Part shown: positions 26,459 through 40,147 of the stretch, piece by piece | Numbering within the stretch: the first letter of the stretch is position 1 | How the letters are laid out: every line of letters starts with the position of its first letter | Source of the DNA: Piromyces finnis finn | Taxonomy: Eukaryota > Fungi > Neocallimastigomycota | Assembly: GCA_002104945.1 (NCBI GenBank) | Contig: MCFH01000027.1 | Coordinates: forward strand, 558,001-622,000 | Direction of reading: 5' to 3' | DNA: 64,000 bases | Made by a program: the position numbers and the translations under genes | The notes under the pieces: model-generated | Told to the model about the DNA's origin: nothing | What the model saw: the letters and a program-made list of their open reading frames with translations, nothing else | Database searches by the model: none

Positions 26459-29131
26459 TTAGGATAATACTGGATGTTGCATAGATAAAGAAAACATATT
26501 ATTATTATTTGAATTACTAGAAAAAGCATCAGATGTCATTTGCATATCTATATTGTAGGAATTGAAATTTTTATCTTCAAGAAAATTTATCAGTGGTGAT
26601 TCTTCTAAAGATTGATGTTCTACAGCATTTGAACTTTCAAAGTTATTTAATGCAGTTAAATCCGTGGTATTATTAATAAAATCATATACATTTTTATCAT
26701 CAAACAACTTATATAGGTTTTCATCAGAGATGTTATTATTTAGAAAAATAGAATTATTGGTAGTTTTTGATGTTGGTATTAATGAAGCCTTGCCATTAGT
26801 GTTGGGTGGAAAAACATTTGGATCCATTTTTTTATCCCTATCAACATCATTTTCATTATTATTAGAGTTTGAATTATTTATTGACGTTATACCACTACTT
26901 AATAAAGCTGAGGCATCATGAAAATTTTGACTTTGACCCAAAGATAATTTAGAAAAATCATCATTGATACTATTTCCACTTACGGTAGGTGAATTTTTTT
27001 GCTTCTCAAAAGCAAATAAGCTTAAGGGATTGGTATTTTTTGATTCATCATCAAGTAATAATTTTGTTACATTAGGACGACCAATAGCACCAATATTTGG
27101 TGATGGAATTTGTGTTGTTGAAGCATTAGAAATTGAAGTGTAAGCAGGAAGAATAGATTGCGATTTTTGTACAGAATTATTATTACATAGGGAAGACATC
27201 ATTGAATTTAATTGATTATTATAAAAAATTGGTCGTTGCTGTTCCATCACAGATGAAATAGCTTTACCATTTTGTCCTGGGTAAAAATTGGGTTCACTGA
27301 AACCAAAACTTGGAGAATTTGGCATAGATTTTGAGCTATACTTACTTTGTTGAAGATCATACGAAGCGTTATCATTTATGATGTTAGATGGACTTATGTC
27401 ATTAATATTCATAATTGGATAGAGTCCTGGTGATGCGTTATTAATCATAAATCCAGAATTACCATTTCCATTACTACTATTGGAAAAGCTTGGAGATGGG
27501 GATGGCATACCCCTTCCAATTAAATTATTTGATTGATTCTTTTTATATGCCATTTGACTTTTTTCTAAATTTATACCAGCCATTCCACCAATACCAATAT
27601 ATGGAGAACTAGATGGAGTTGTATTGAATTTTGGTAAATTAACATTTGCATTATTACTACCATTTTCACTTATGAATGGTGATGCCATATTAGCTTTTGA
27701 ATTGCCAAGATATGGAGAAGATGGTGTAGGTACATTTAGGGTAATAACCTTATTAGTATTAACATATGGAGTAGGTAGGTTATTCATAGTACCTATAGTA
27801 TTTGGAGAATCATTAAGAGAATACTTTCTGAAAGGTTGATTTTGTAAAGGTAAAATACCATCATTTTGTTTTGGGGATGAATGGTTTGATGAGGAAGAAG
27901 TAAATAATGGAGATTGCATTGCATAGTCATTCATATTAATATCATTATTCAAATAAGCTGGTGGTAAATTTGTAGCATTAATCATATTATTCGAAAAAAG
28001 AGATGTTTCCTTTTCGTTAAGATCCCCAGTACTTGTGTTCATACAAAGCTTTGAAAAATAATCATTCATAATTTGACTTTCTGCAATTCTTTGATTTAAT
28101 TCTTCAGAGGATGGAATACGATTATTAAAGAAAGAACCGTTTGTATTAAAAGCACCCATCGGTGAATTTGGACAACTATTAATATCATAATAAGCCAAAT
28201 CGTTTGTAATAAGACGGTTATTTTCGAAAATTCTTGAATTTGAATTTTTTGCAGCTATACTACCTAAATTAATACTTTTTCTAGCCGTTGCAGCAATACC
28301 ATTCATGAATGTAGTTGGTGAACTGATTGGTGAAAGGATATTTGATACATTATTTGAATTATTCATATCATAAGCTCTAAGAGCATTTAATGATGGACTA
28401 TTATTAATTTCCATAGATGTCTTTAATGTAGGTATATTAGTCATATTTGGATTGCTAACCATATCATAATTATGGAATGTATTAAAGTATGGACTATTGT
28501 CATAATTTCTACTATAGAGATTGGGGCTTGATAGATCAAGACGTTTATTATTAAAATTGTTGTTGTTATTGTTGTTATTATTAACAGGTTGATTTTGAAG
28601 ACTATCATAACTATACTTTCTGAAATCAGTATTTATCATAAGATTTAAATTATCATTTTTTTTAGTATTATTATTATTACTGACTCTTCTCATGAGTACT
28701 GATAATGCTTGTTGTCTTTGAGAGACTTTATTGTTAGCAAGAAGATACTCATCTGCACTTCCTTTACGTAAACTATTTACATTATCACCATTGACAATAT
28801 TATTTGTTCTTTTACGAAGTAAATGTATTGCAGCTGATCTTTTTTGTTCTGCTTCAGTTGGATATGGTTTTGGACTTAAGGGTTCGTTATTTGCTAATAT
28901 GTTACCATATTTCTTATTAACTTCATAATTTGTTTCCAATACTTCTAATAATTTTTTTTGTAATTTCTCAATATGTTGAGGTAAAGGAACATTATTTTGT
29001 ATTGGTTTTTTTCCTTCATTTTTTATAGTCATACCATCTGTATATGAATATCTTCTTGTATTATCACTATTGAAAAATGGTATTAACTTTTTCATAGGAG
29101 CATCATTCATTATTCGTTTATTAGAATACAT
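26459..29131 (-). CDS. Uncharacterised 890-aa Asn/Ser/Pro-rich, largely disordered protein, intronless
   Basis: Long stop-free ORF with coding-like composition against ~90% AT flanks and an AAAAAATG start context. No recognisable domain. Confidence 0.75.
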   Translation of the reverse strand: MYSNKRIMNDAPMKKLIPFFNSDNTRRYSYTDGMTIKNEGKKPIQNNVPLPQHIEKLQKKLLEVLETNYEVNKKYGNILANNEPLSPKPYPTEAEQKRSAAIHLLRKRTNNIVNGDNVNSLRKGSADEYLLANNKVSQRQQALSVLMRRVSNNNNTKKNDNLNLMINTDFRKYSYDSLQNQPVNNNNNNNNNFNNKRLDLSSPNLYSRNYDNSPYFNTFHNYDMVSNPNMTNIPTLKTSMEINNSPSLNALRAYDMNNSNNVSNILSPISSPTTFMNGIAATARKSINLGSIAAKNSNSRIFENNRLITNDLAYYDINSCPNSPMGAFNTNGSFFNNRIPSSEELNQRIAESQIMNDYFSKLCMNTSTGDLNEKETSLFSNNMINATNLPPAYLNNDINMNDYAMQSPLFTSSSSNHSSPKQNDGILPLQNQPFRKYSLNDSPNTIGTMNNLPTPYVNTNKVITLNVPTPSSPYLGNSKANMASPFISENGSNNANVNLPKFNTTPSSSPYIGIGGMAGINLEKSQMAYKKNQSNNLIGRGMPSPSPSFSNSSNGNGNSGFMINNASPGLYPIMNINDISPSNIINDNASYDLQQSKYSSKSMPNSPSFGFSEPNFYPGQNGKAISSVMEQQRPIFYNNQLNSMMSSLCNNNSVQKSQSILPAYTSISNASTTQIPSPNIGAIGRPNVTKLLLDDESKNTNPLSLFAFEKQKNSPTVSGNSINDDFSKLSLGQSQNFHDASALLSSGITSINNSNSNNNENDVDRDKKMDPNVFPPNTNGKASLIPTSKTTNNSIFLNNNISDENLYKLFDDKNVYDFINNTTDLTALNNFESSNAVEHQSLEESPLINFLEDKNFNSYNIDMQMTSDAFSSNSNNNNMFSLSMQHPVLS

Positions 29132-32100
29132 TTTTTAATATATTAATTTTTTCAAAATTTAACAAGTATAAAAAATTTTGAATACTTTTATAAGTGATGA
29201 ATTAATTTATAAGCTGAGGAATAATATTTTTAAATTAAATAAACAAATGTTTTTACAATATCTTTTTTTTTTTTAAGGTATTGGAATTAATATTTAATAA
29301 TTTACTATTATTGGATTATTTTTAGATTATTAGTAATTTAACTATCAATTCATATTTTTTTTAAAAAATAAAGTAAGTATACTATATTTTTTAAAGAATG
29401 ATTAAATTATTTTTATAGCTATAAAAATAAATTTATTATTAGTGTCAATTTTACTTTTTTTTTAATATTGACTTGAATTTAACTTAAATAGTATTTTTGT
29501 TTTTTGTTTGAATTTTAAAACTATTTTTGATAAAATTGTATTAATTTTATATTTTAATAGTATTAAACATTACTGCGAGTTTGCTTTTTTTTTTTTTTTA
29601 GTAGAATAATATAATTTATTAGGTTGTATTAAATTGTACAAGACTATTAAATTTTATCTTTTTTAAAAAAAAAAGGTTGACCATATAGAGGTAAAATATG
29701 TACTCATTAAATTATTTTTCTTTTAATTATTATTATTATTATTATTATTATTACGTGATTGCTTTTTGTTTAACTAAATAATAAAAATAAAACTTTGAAA
29801 TTAAGAGAATTAATAGGTTTGAATTTTTTTAAAGTAAAAAGTTAATTATAAACATTAATTGAAAAATCAAGATTTTATTACAACAATTAAAAAAAATAAT
29901 AAAATATAAAAATATTATTTTTCTTTATCAAAACATTATTGTCATAATATTTTCTTGGTAAATCCGATTTATAATATGTATATTACTTGGTTTTCTCTTT
30001 TGCTTTTAAACAACTGTTTTTTTTTTTTTTTAATTTTTAAATATATTTAAGCTGAATAAATGTTAATAAAATACAAATATTTCTCTCAAAATGAATAACA
30101 ATAATAATAAAAAAAAAAGGAATATAGTTATTATCTAAATACTATTTCTCTTTCTTTTTTTTTTCGTTAAATATTTATTTTAGAAATTTATTCACTAAAT
30201 TTTCCTTTTCTGTTATTTAATTATTTTTCTTTCTACTAATTAAAACGATATGACCTTTAACATAATTGATACTCAAATAATGAATAAAAAAAATGTTTTT
30301 TTTTTTTTTGTTCTTTCCTTTTAAATAATAATAATGATAGATAAAAGATTAGTTAATTACGAGATTTGTTATTTTTTGTTCAATATCAATTGAAACTTTA
30401 TAAAATTCAAGTATTAATAATAAATAACTTTGAATATAGAATTAAATAAAGAAAAAAAAAAAAGTGTTTTTTTTTCAATATTTATTCTTTTTTTTTTTTA
30501 TTCAATTACTGATGCTGAAAATCAATAATATCAAATAAAAAAAAAAAAAAAAAGGAATTTGTAAAGAAAAAAAATAAAAAAAATTTTTTCTATTTTTTTA
30601 CAATAAAAAAAATTAATTATTAAATATTAAAAAATGAAAAAACTTTAAAAAAATTTTTTGTTGATATTTTTCATATAGTTTAAAAAAAAAAAATTTTTTT
30701 GTATTTCATTTGATATAGTTTTAATTTATTTTTATATTTATTAATATTAAATTATTATTTAGTCATTCTATTCATTTATATTATATTATATTATATTTAT
30801 AATATATATTATAAATAAATTATTTCTGAAATAATAAATTTCAATTTGGATGATGAAATAAGAAAAGTTTATTTATTAATATTTAAATTAATTATCTAGA
30901 AAAAAGTTTAATTAATAATAAATATTAAATTGAAGGAAAAAGTTTAAACTATTCAATAAAAAATTTTTGCCATATATTGTAATATATATAATATATATTA
31001 TTATTGACACAAAAAAAATAATAAAATTTTTAATTAAATATGTATTTATATTTAATATAAACATCATCATAATGTATATATTAAAATATATAATTTATGA
31101 AATCTATTACAATATGAAACATATATTACACTATATTTTAATATATATAGATTTATTTAATTTGATGGTTTGTAAACTTTTTTCAACTATCAGAATATAT
31201 CATAATAGTTATAATATATATACACTAATACATTAATTTATACTATGATTTAAATTGGCTGCACTACATTACATTAATTATCATGTATTAAATGAAAGTG
31301 TAATAAAAAGGAAAATTATAATGGATAGAGTAAACGTATTATAATTGCGGTATAATTTTCATTTAAAAAAATAAAATAGCCAAAGAAACAATGATGGACT
31401 TGCATAATAGTTTATTTATACCATTTCATCATTGTAGAATTGACAATATTCTTCCGAATTTATTAATTATTTCTTATTAAATTTTATTGATTTTTATTCA
31501 TTTCTTCATTACTCCTGTAAATATGGTTTTCTTTTTAATTATATATTAATATTATATATTTTTATATTATAGATATATAATGCATATATAATACATTATA
31601 ATAAATAGTATAAAGTGAATAAATTAAAAAAAAAAGAGATGAGGAACTTTATTGATTATTAAAATGATATGTAATTCTAAAAAAAATTGCCAATTGTTTT
31701 TTTATATTAAATAATTTAAAATAAATATATTAATATATCACAGAATATATTAAAAACAATATTGATTAATTTTTATTATAAATTAAAGTTACTAACCTTT
31801 ATTAATAATTTAATTAATTATTAAATATTAAAAAAAACAATTTTTTCATCCTCAGAAACATTATATATTAATTTATTGAATACATTATATTTATAATGTA
31901 TTGTATTTAATATATTAAAATTGAGAATAGAAATAGTTAAACATTCATCACTAATAATTTTGAAAAATAATAATTAATATTAACTAATAATTAATACTAT
32001 TTATACTATTTATAATAAATAGTAAATAATATTTAATCACTAGAAATAATTAAATAGTTTATCAATAGCATTATTGACTATGGCACCTTTGTAACTTTGA

Positions 32101-35100
32101 CCTAATAGGAATTTATAGAAAAGTGATAATATTGATAATTAATAATTAATCATAATTGTTAATTCATCTATGCAATATGATGCGATGCTCTTAATTTTAA
32201 TTACCTATTCATTTCATATTTTATTAAAATGGAATAGGTTCTAGTGTTCTAGTCTAGAATCAAAATGACTAAATAACTAATAAAATAAAATATGTCATAG
32301 CATAATTTTACCAATAAATAAATTAGTTTTCTTTTGCAATATAATGACAGCAAATGCATTTTTTTTTAAAAAGATTGAATCATTATAACAAATCATACTA
32401 TCCACTACATTTTCTTTTTTATTCTATTGTTTTATTTTCTAATAAACGACTTTATTAAAATTTTTAAATCTAATTTACTAGTTTACTGTTGATTTCTAAT
32501 ATATTCTTATAAAATGAATAAAGTAAATAACTAATTGTCTAGAACAATTAGTTTTAGAAATAAAGGTATTATTCAATCTGTATCCTTTTATATCTATTAT
32601 TCTTTCATTTTTATAATCAATTTTAAATAATATTTCCTAGTTGATAACAACAATAAAAGACACCTTTTTATTTTAAAAGTAAAACTAGTCATGGTACCTT
32701 TTCACAACAATCACTCTATTCTATTTTCCTTATATAAAGTACTTCTAATGTAATACAAAGTTTATTTAATTTATCTAAATTAATACATTTTTAAATATTG
32801 GATATTTACATGAAACTTTTTTTACTGGTTCAAAAATCGAACATATATAAATTTATATATTAAATTATATTTTATTCATTACACAGAAAAGCTTATTATA
32901 TTAAATATTTATTAAGGTGGTTTCATTTTTTAATGTATTTAATTTAAGAGATGGAAATTAATTTGTATTATTAAACTTTATTTTATATGGATTATATAGA
33001 GTAGTGTATTGTGTAACCTGAAATAGACTAACAAAAAAGAAATTATTTTCAAAAAATAAAGGAAAATAATAATATAATAATATATTAAATAATTATTATT
33101 TAGAAAATTAATTATATAATTTTTAATAAAATAATATATTATTATTATATTGTTGAATAAATACTATTTTGTTGTAAAGATTTTTAATTTCTGTATATTT
33201 ATTTTTATTACATTACTTTATTCAGTTGTACAAATTTTAAGGCATTGTATTGTATTAAAAATATTTGAAACTTATATATGACAGAAAAGTAGCTGATATT
33301 AGCTGTCTATCCATTTCAATGATATATAATACTTTTTTTTTAAATAAAAGAAAATAGTAATGTATTCATGTATAGAAATTTGATATTATTTAGTAAAATA
33401 GATAGAGCTTAATTAATATTATCTTTTTTTAAATAAAATGAAAACTAATGATATATTTCGTGATATATATATATAAATATATAAATGAATGAATTAATAT
33501 ATTATATATTTAATTTATTAATTTATCCTTTAATGTTTAAAAGAAATGAATGAATAAAAATGCTATTTTATGTATATATACTAATGAAAATGATAGTGAA
33601 GTAATAGTAATATTAATGATCTTTTGTAATTTGTTCATTTTAATAGTGTATTTATAACAAGTTTTTTTTTTATTGAAGGGATTAATTAATAATGATGATT
33701 CTATTTATATATATAATATTTTTTTATATATATATTATTTTATTATATCATTAATTTTATAATGAATAAAAACCAATCTAGAATTTAACTAGTCTTTTAA
33801 AATTAATTATAATAATAATAATAATAAAAAGGTTCAAATAAAATTTAAACTCTTTAAACTTTAACAGATGATGATTCATTTTTTTTTACTTTATTTTGAT
33901 GACTATTAGTAATCATAATCATTTTAAACATTAAAATTAATTTTGATACTGTCTTTTTAAGGTAATATTAATTGTAAATAGGTTACTTTATATATTACAT
34001 TCTATAAAATAAATGAATAATTAATAAAATAATTACATTAAAATCATCATTATTGTTATTATTAAAATATGATGATAAATAGGTCAATAATACTATTCTT
34101 TGAAAAAGTCATCATCTCATTTTTTTTTTTATTATTAAACATGGTTTGGTTTAGTTCCTTTTTTATCACTTTAAATTTTTTTAATTAAAACTAAATCAAA
34201 AACTTTAAAAATGGGTGTAATGGATTATATCATTTTGTATTTTCATATTGCATATTGCTCATTTGTAAAAAAAAAAAACAGTCATTTTTTTTAATAAAAA
34301 AAAAAAAAACCATTTCTTTACTCATTTCAAATAACAAAAAAAAAAATGATTTTATGAATAAATCATATATAACTTATATAATATTGATCATTCTTAATTA
34401 TTTGAAAAATTGAATTTTTTTTTTTATTAAAATTTAAAATATATTTATTTTTATAAAGTATCATATATAACTTAACTTGTATACAAATTTAAAGTAATTA
34501 TACTTTTTTTATAATTAATTGAAATTGACATGGTTTTTTAAGTGGATTAAATATTAAATTAAATTCCCAAAATAGTTTAGATTAAAATGTATAGCTATCT
34601 ATCTAAAATAGAGAAATTCTAAATTATAATAATAATAGTGTTAAAAAGTAATAATAATAAAGATGTAAAACAATTATATGTGAATGAATATGATATAAAG
34701 TTAATAAGTTGAAATGAGTTTTTTTTTTTAATTACTTTCTTAAAACTATGAAACAATTACAATCAATTAAAATCATTAAAAAACGTATATAGCAAAATAT
34801 GGAACAATAAAAAATAGTTATTAATACTAGTTTTATAAAATATAATAATAATAATAATAATTTTTAACTTTTTTATATATATTAATAAGTTGTTTTTTAA
34901 TATTTAAAAAGTAGTCTTAATAATTTGAAGATAGAATTTATAACAAGTTTATTAAAGTTGAAAATATTTATTGCTTTTTTTTTTATTATTATTTTCTTTT
35001 TTTTATTTTAATAAAAACATTTTTGTATTTATTTTTTCGAAATACTTTCATTACTATTATTATTTCTTCATATACCCTCTTTTTCTTTTTCTATAGTTTA

Positions 35101-36909
35101 AAAAAGTAAAGTATGACATAATAATAGTTGACCTATAATTATGTTATGTATTTCTACAATGTAAAAGATTAGAACAAAATGTATGACAAATGTAAGAGCA
35201 TGCACTGTAATATAAGAATGTAAATATATATAAATGTATGAACAAAAGTGGAAATAAAATATATAATATATTTTATAATTAATATTATTTAAAAATAAAA
35301 AGTATAACATTTATTAATAACATTTATTAGTAGTTGTGCTTCAATTATTGATACTTTGATAATAAATATTAAAAGTTATTAATCAACGAAATCTAGATTA
35401 TTATTGTAAAAATGAATTATGTAGTCTTTAGAGTAGTAGGGAGTTTTTATTAATTTGATAAAAATATTTATAAAAGCTTATAATATTTTGTGAGCCAATT
35501 ATTAATGCTTACTCTTTATATAAAAGTTGAATTGACAAACTTTAATAGAAAAAAAAAAAAAAAAGACTTAAAACTTTTATTATATATATATATATATATA
35601 TTTTTTGTTACTTCTATAAATCTATTTATATATCTATTTTTTATTATAAAGTTTGATAATCATACTTTTATTTTTTTTAAAAATATATTTATGTAAAAAA
35701 AAAAAAAAAAGTAATTCTCTTTATATAAATAAAATATAAAAATAAAAACAAACTAAATAACAATAACCTTTAACTATTAATTTAAACATTTTAAGTAACA
35801 AGGACATATTTTATTTTCTCTATATAATTTTAATATGAAAGAATAACACAAAGAATTTGTATTTCATGTCATAATTTTTAAATATTAAAATTAAACGATA
35901 TAACAAAGGATTGTAAATGCCGATGTTACTTATACTTTATAATTAAACATTTTCAAAATGAAATAAGCTTTATTTAATTTAAAATTTATAATTTAAAATA
36001 GAAATATGTATATATATTCATCCATAGACAAATTATAATTATAAGGGTATTAATACATGGGTTTTATTCATTTTAATTATCTGATATTGATATATTATTA
36101 TATAATGATTTTTTTTTTTTTTTAAATTTATAAAAATGTTCAGCACAAATTAATCCTCCATTTTTATTTTTTTAATAATAATTTTTAATACATAAAAGTA
36201 TAAAGCATACATAAATAAATGTATATCACATGTATTTACAATGGATTCCATCTTTTTTTTGATATAATCAAACCAATCAATTAAAATAATTTCTATTAAT
36301 CAATGTACTACACTAGTATATATGTAATAATTAAAAAAATTTTTTTTTCTCTTCACCGCAATTAGAACTAAAAGTTATAATTTAGTTTTATTTAAAGTTA
36401 GTATTATATATAAAATTGATAATATGAATATTATGTTTTAATAAAATATGAATAATAACTCGGTACTATATGAAAAGAAAAAAATTAATAAAAATTTTAA
36501 ATGAGTAAAAAAAAAAAAAATAAATTCATATATATATAAAACATTACCAAACTTTCCATATATATAAATAAAAAGATTATATATAATGATGTTTTAATTA
36601 ATACTTTTTCTTTTCGTATAAGATAAAAATTATTAATTTGAAAATAACAATGGATAAATTATATATATAATATACAAATAACAAATTAATACTTTATATG
36701 TATAATGAATATTTTATAATTAAATATTTTTTTTTTTTTTTTTAAGATTTATCATTCATTAGTTTCAGTTGAATGAATGAAAAATTTATCATGAAATATT
36801 TATGGATATATGATAATTGTTTTAAAGATATAAAAATACATTATTATTTATTTATTTTTTTTTAATTTACTAAACTATACTCAATTTATATATATTAATA
36901 GAATTAAAA

Positions 36910-39900
36910 ATGGCTGATCAACAAAAGACTGAAAAGGTTTTCAAGGAGTAAGTTTTTATGATATATAAAATACTAATAATATATTATTATGTATTAAATG
37001 TCATAGATTATTAATTAAATTTTTTTATATTTTTCTTTCTTTAATTTTTAAAAATTAAAAACTAGTGATGATGGAAATGTCATCACCAAGGAAGAATTCC
37101 TTAAGTTAAAGAAGGCTAAGGCTGAAGCTGTTAAGGTAAATAAATAAAAAATATATAATAGCATAAAAAGTAAATGGGTTAATTATTTTTGTTAATTTAT
37201 AATTATATAATTTATTATAATACAAAATGGTAAAATTCAAATATTTAGGCTAGAAAGGTAATTATTTATAATATAGTATACAAAAAAAATTTTTTTTATA
37301 GCTTCAATAAACATAATTGGATTTTAAGTATTAATTTTGTTTTATACAATTTTCTTAGGCTCAAGAAGCTGCCGAAAGAGTAATTATTTCATGAATTCTA
37401 AAAGAATTAACACTATAGATAATATAATTTTTAAATTTGGTATTAATTATTTTTGAATTGTATAAATATTAAATATTTAAAAGGCTGAAAAGTTAAGATT
37501 AGAACAAGAAGCCAAGAAGGTAATAAAAAAAATTTAAAGTTATTAGAAAAATAGATTTTTATGTATTAATAAATTTATATTATTTATTATTATTTTATAG
37601 GCTAAGGAAGAAGAAGAATTCAACAATGAAGTTGTAAGTATACTTTGAAGTTTAAATTAATGATATGCCAATGTTATCATAAATAGTGTTATTAATTATT
37701 TAAATTTGTTATATTAATAGGATTTTGTTACTGACATGTACGGTGATTTACCACTTAACCAAAGTCAATCTCGTGAAAGTAAATATTAATGAAAATTTTA
37801 TTTTTTTTGAAAAGATAAAAAAAAACAAGGACTGTATAATAATTATTTTTTAAATATATTATAAAAATTAAAATTTAAACGAAAATTCAAATAAAAAGAC
37901 AAGAAGTTCACCAAGTTACTTGAAATCGACGACAGTTTCGTTAACCAAACCATCACTGTCCGTGGTCGTCTTCAAAACAAGAGAATTGTTTGTATGTATC
38001 ACAATCATATGGTTTATTAAAAGTAATGATAAATTTAATGAAAAATATTGTTAATAATTTTATGCTTATCTTAAAATTTATAGCTGGTAAGAAGATTTTC
38101 CTTATTTTAAGACAACAAAATTCTACCGCTCAATGTGTTGTTTCCTACAACAACCCAAATGACGAAAACGCTAAGAGTGACAACAGCATTCCAGCTAGTT
38201 TACACATGATCAGATACATTCAAAAGTAAGAAATGAAACATAAATTTAAAAAAATAAACATTATTTTATGTCAATACCAATTTTTATATTTGCAAGATAA
38301 TAAAAAAAATTATTTTATTGCTGCAACTATGCCAATTTTTAATTATTCAAATGATAATTAATATTTTATATTAATTTTTTTTTAATGATGAATAGCATTC
38401 CAACTGAATCCTTAATTGATATTGTTGGTTTCGTTGTTAAGCCAGCCAACAAGGTTAAGTCTTGTACTGTTTCTGACTATGAATTACAAATTAAGGGTGC
38501 TTTCACTGTCAGTAAGACTACTAAGCCAAAGTTACCATACACTTTCGAAAGTGCTACCAGACCAGATGAAAAGTTCATCAAGGTATTAAAGTTTTTAATA
38601 AATAACCTTTATATAAATATATGTATATATATCTTACTAAAAATAAAAATAAATTATTTAAATGATCGTCTATTGTGGTTAATAGGAAGAACCAGCTGAC
38701 AAGAGAAGAGGTGGTGCCAAGGAACAAAATGTTCGTGTTACTTTAGATACTTGCTTAAACAACCGTGTCTTTGATCTTAGAGTAAGTTTTATAATTTAGT
38801 TAAATTATATGTATTGTGTATAGCGTTAGTACAATTGTATTGTTTCAATTTTTTATAAAGATTCTCTTATAAATTTACTTTTAATTTTATAACTATATTC
38901 CATAGACTATTACCAACCATGCTATTTTCAAGATCCAAGCCGCTGTTTGCAGAATCTTCCGTAACTTCTTAGATTCCAAGGGTTTCACTGAAATTCACAC
39001 TCCAAAGTTAATTGGTGCTGCTTCTGAAGGTGGTGCTAGTGTCTTTGAAGTTAAATACTTCAACAGTAAGTTATCTAATATAATTAGAGTAAAAAAAAAA
39101 AAGAAATTCTTGTATGAATAATATTCTTAAAATATTTATTTTTTTTTAATTTCAAAATTTATTATTTGATTTTATATAGCCAAGGCTTACTTAGCTCAAT
39201 CTCCACAATTCTACAAGCAAATGATGATATCTTCTGATTTCGAACGTGTTTACGAAATTGGTCCAGTTTTCAGAGCTGAAAACTCCAACACTCACCGTCA
39301 CTTAACTGAATTCACTGGTCTCGATTTAGAAATGGCCTTCAATGAACACTACCACGAAGTTTTAGATTTATTCGATGAACTTTTCGTTACTCTTTTCACT
39401 GAATTAAAGGAAAAGTACGCCTACGAAATCAGTATTGTTCAAAAGCAATTCCCAGTTCCAGACTTTGAATTCCTTCCAAAATCTTTACGTCTTAAGTTCA
39501 AGGATGCCGTTAAGTTATTAAAGGATGAAGTTGTTTACATCAAGGAAAAGATTGGTGTTGAATCTGTTGATGACATCTTAAAGTTACTCAGTGACATTGA
39601 AGAAGATGAAAAGAAGAAGGCTAAGAACAGATCCAAGAAGCTCAAGGAAACCAAGGAACTTCTTGACAAGATTAAGGAAGAATACGATATTGAAGATTAC
39701 AAGGATCTTAAGGAAGCCGAAAGTATGGGTGACTTTGATGATTTAAGTACCAAGAACGAAAGATTCCTTGGTAAGGCTGTCAAGAGAGTTTACAAGACCG
39801 ATTTCTACATGTTAGATAAATTCCCAAAGGCTGTCAGACCATTCTACACCATGGAAGATCCAGAAAAGGACGGTTACTCTAACTCTTACGATTTCTTTAT

Positions 39901-40147
39901 GAGAGGTGAAGAAATTATGTCTGGTGCCCAACGTATTCACGACCCAGAACTCTTACACAAGAGTGCTGTTGAACACGGTGTTGACCCAGCTACCATCCAA
40001 GGTTACTTAGATGCTTTCGAATACGGTGTTTCTCCACACGCTGGTGGTGGTATTGGTTTAGAAAGAATTGTCATGTTATACTTTGGTCTTGGTCAAGTTA
40101 AGCGTGCTTCCCTCTTCCCACGTGATCCAACTCGTTTATCTCCATAG
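36910..40147 (+). CDS. DPS1: Cytosolic aspartyl-tRNA synthetase, 13 exons, ~636 aa
   Basis: Exons 36910-36947, 37066-37135, 37249-37257, 37359-37379, 37484-37519, 37601-37633, 37721-37778, 37899-37991, 38084-38225, 38396-38582, 38686-38781, 38906-39065, 39180-40147 (1911 nt, in frame). Class II motifs [68 protein letters not shown]. Confidence 0.93.
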
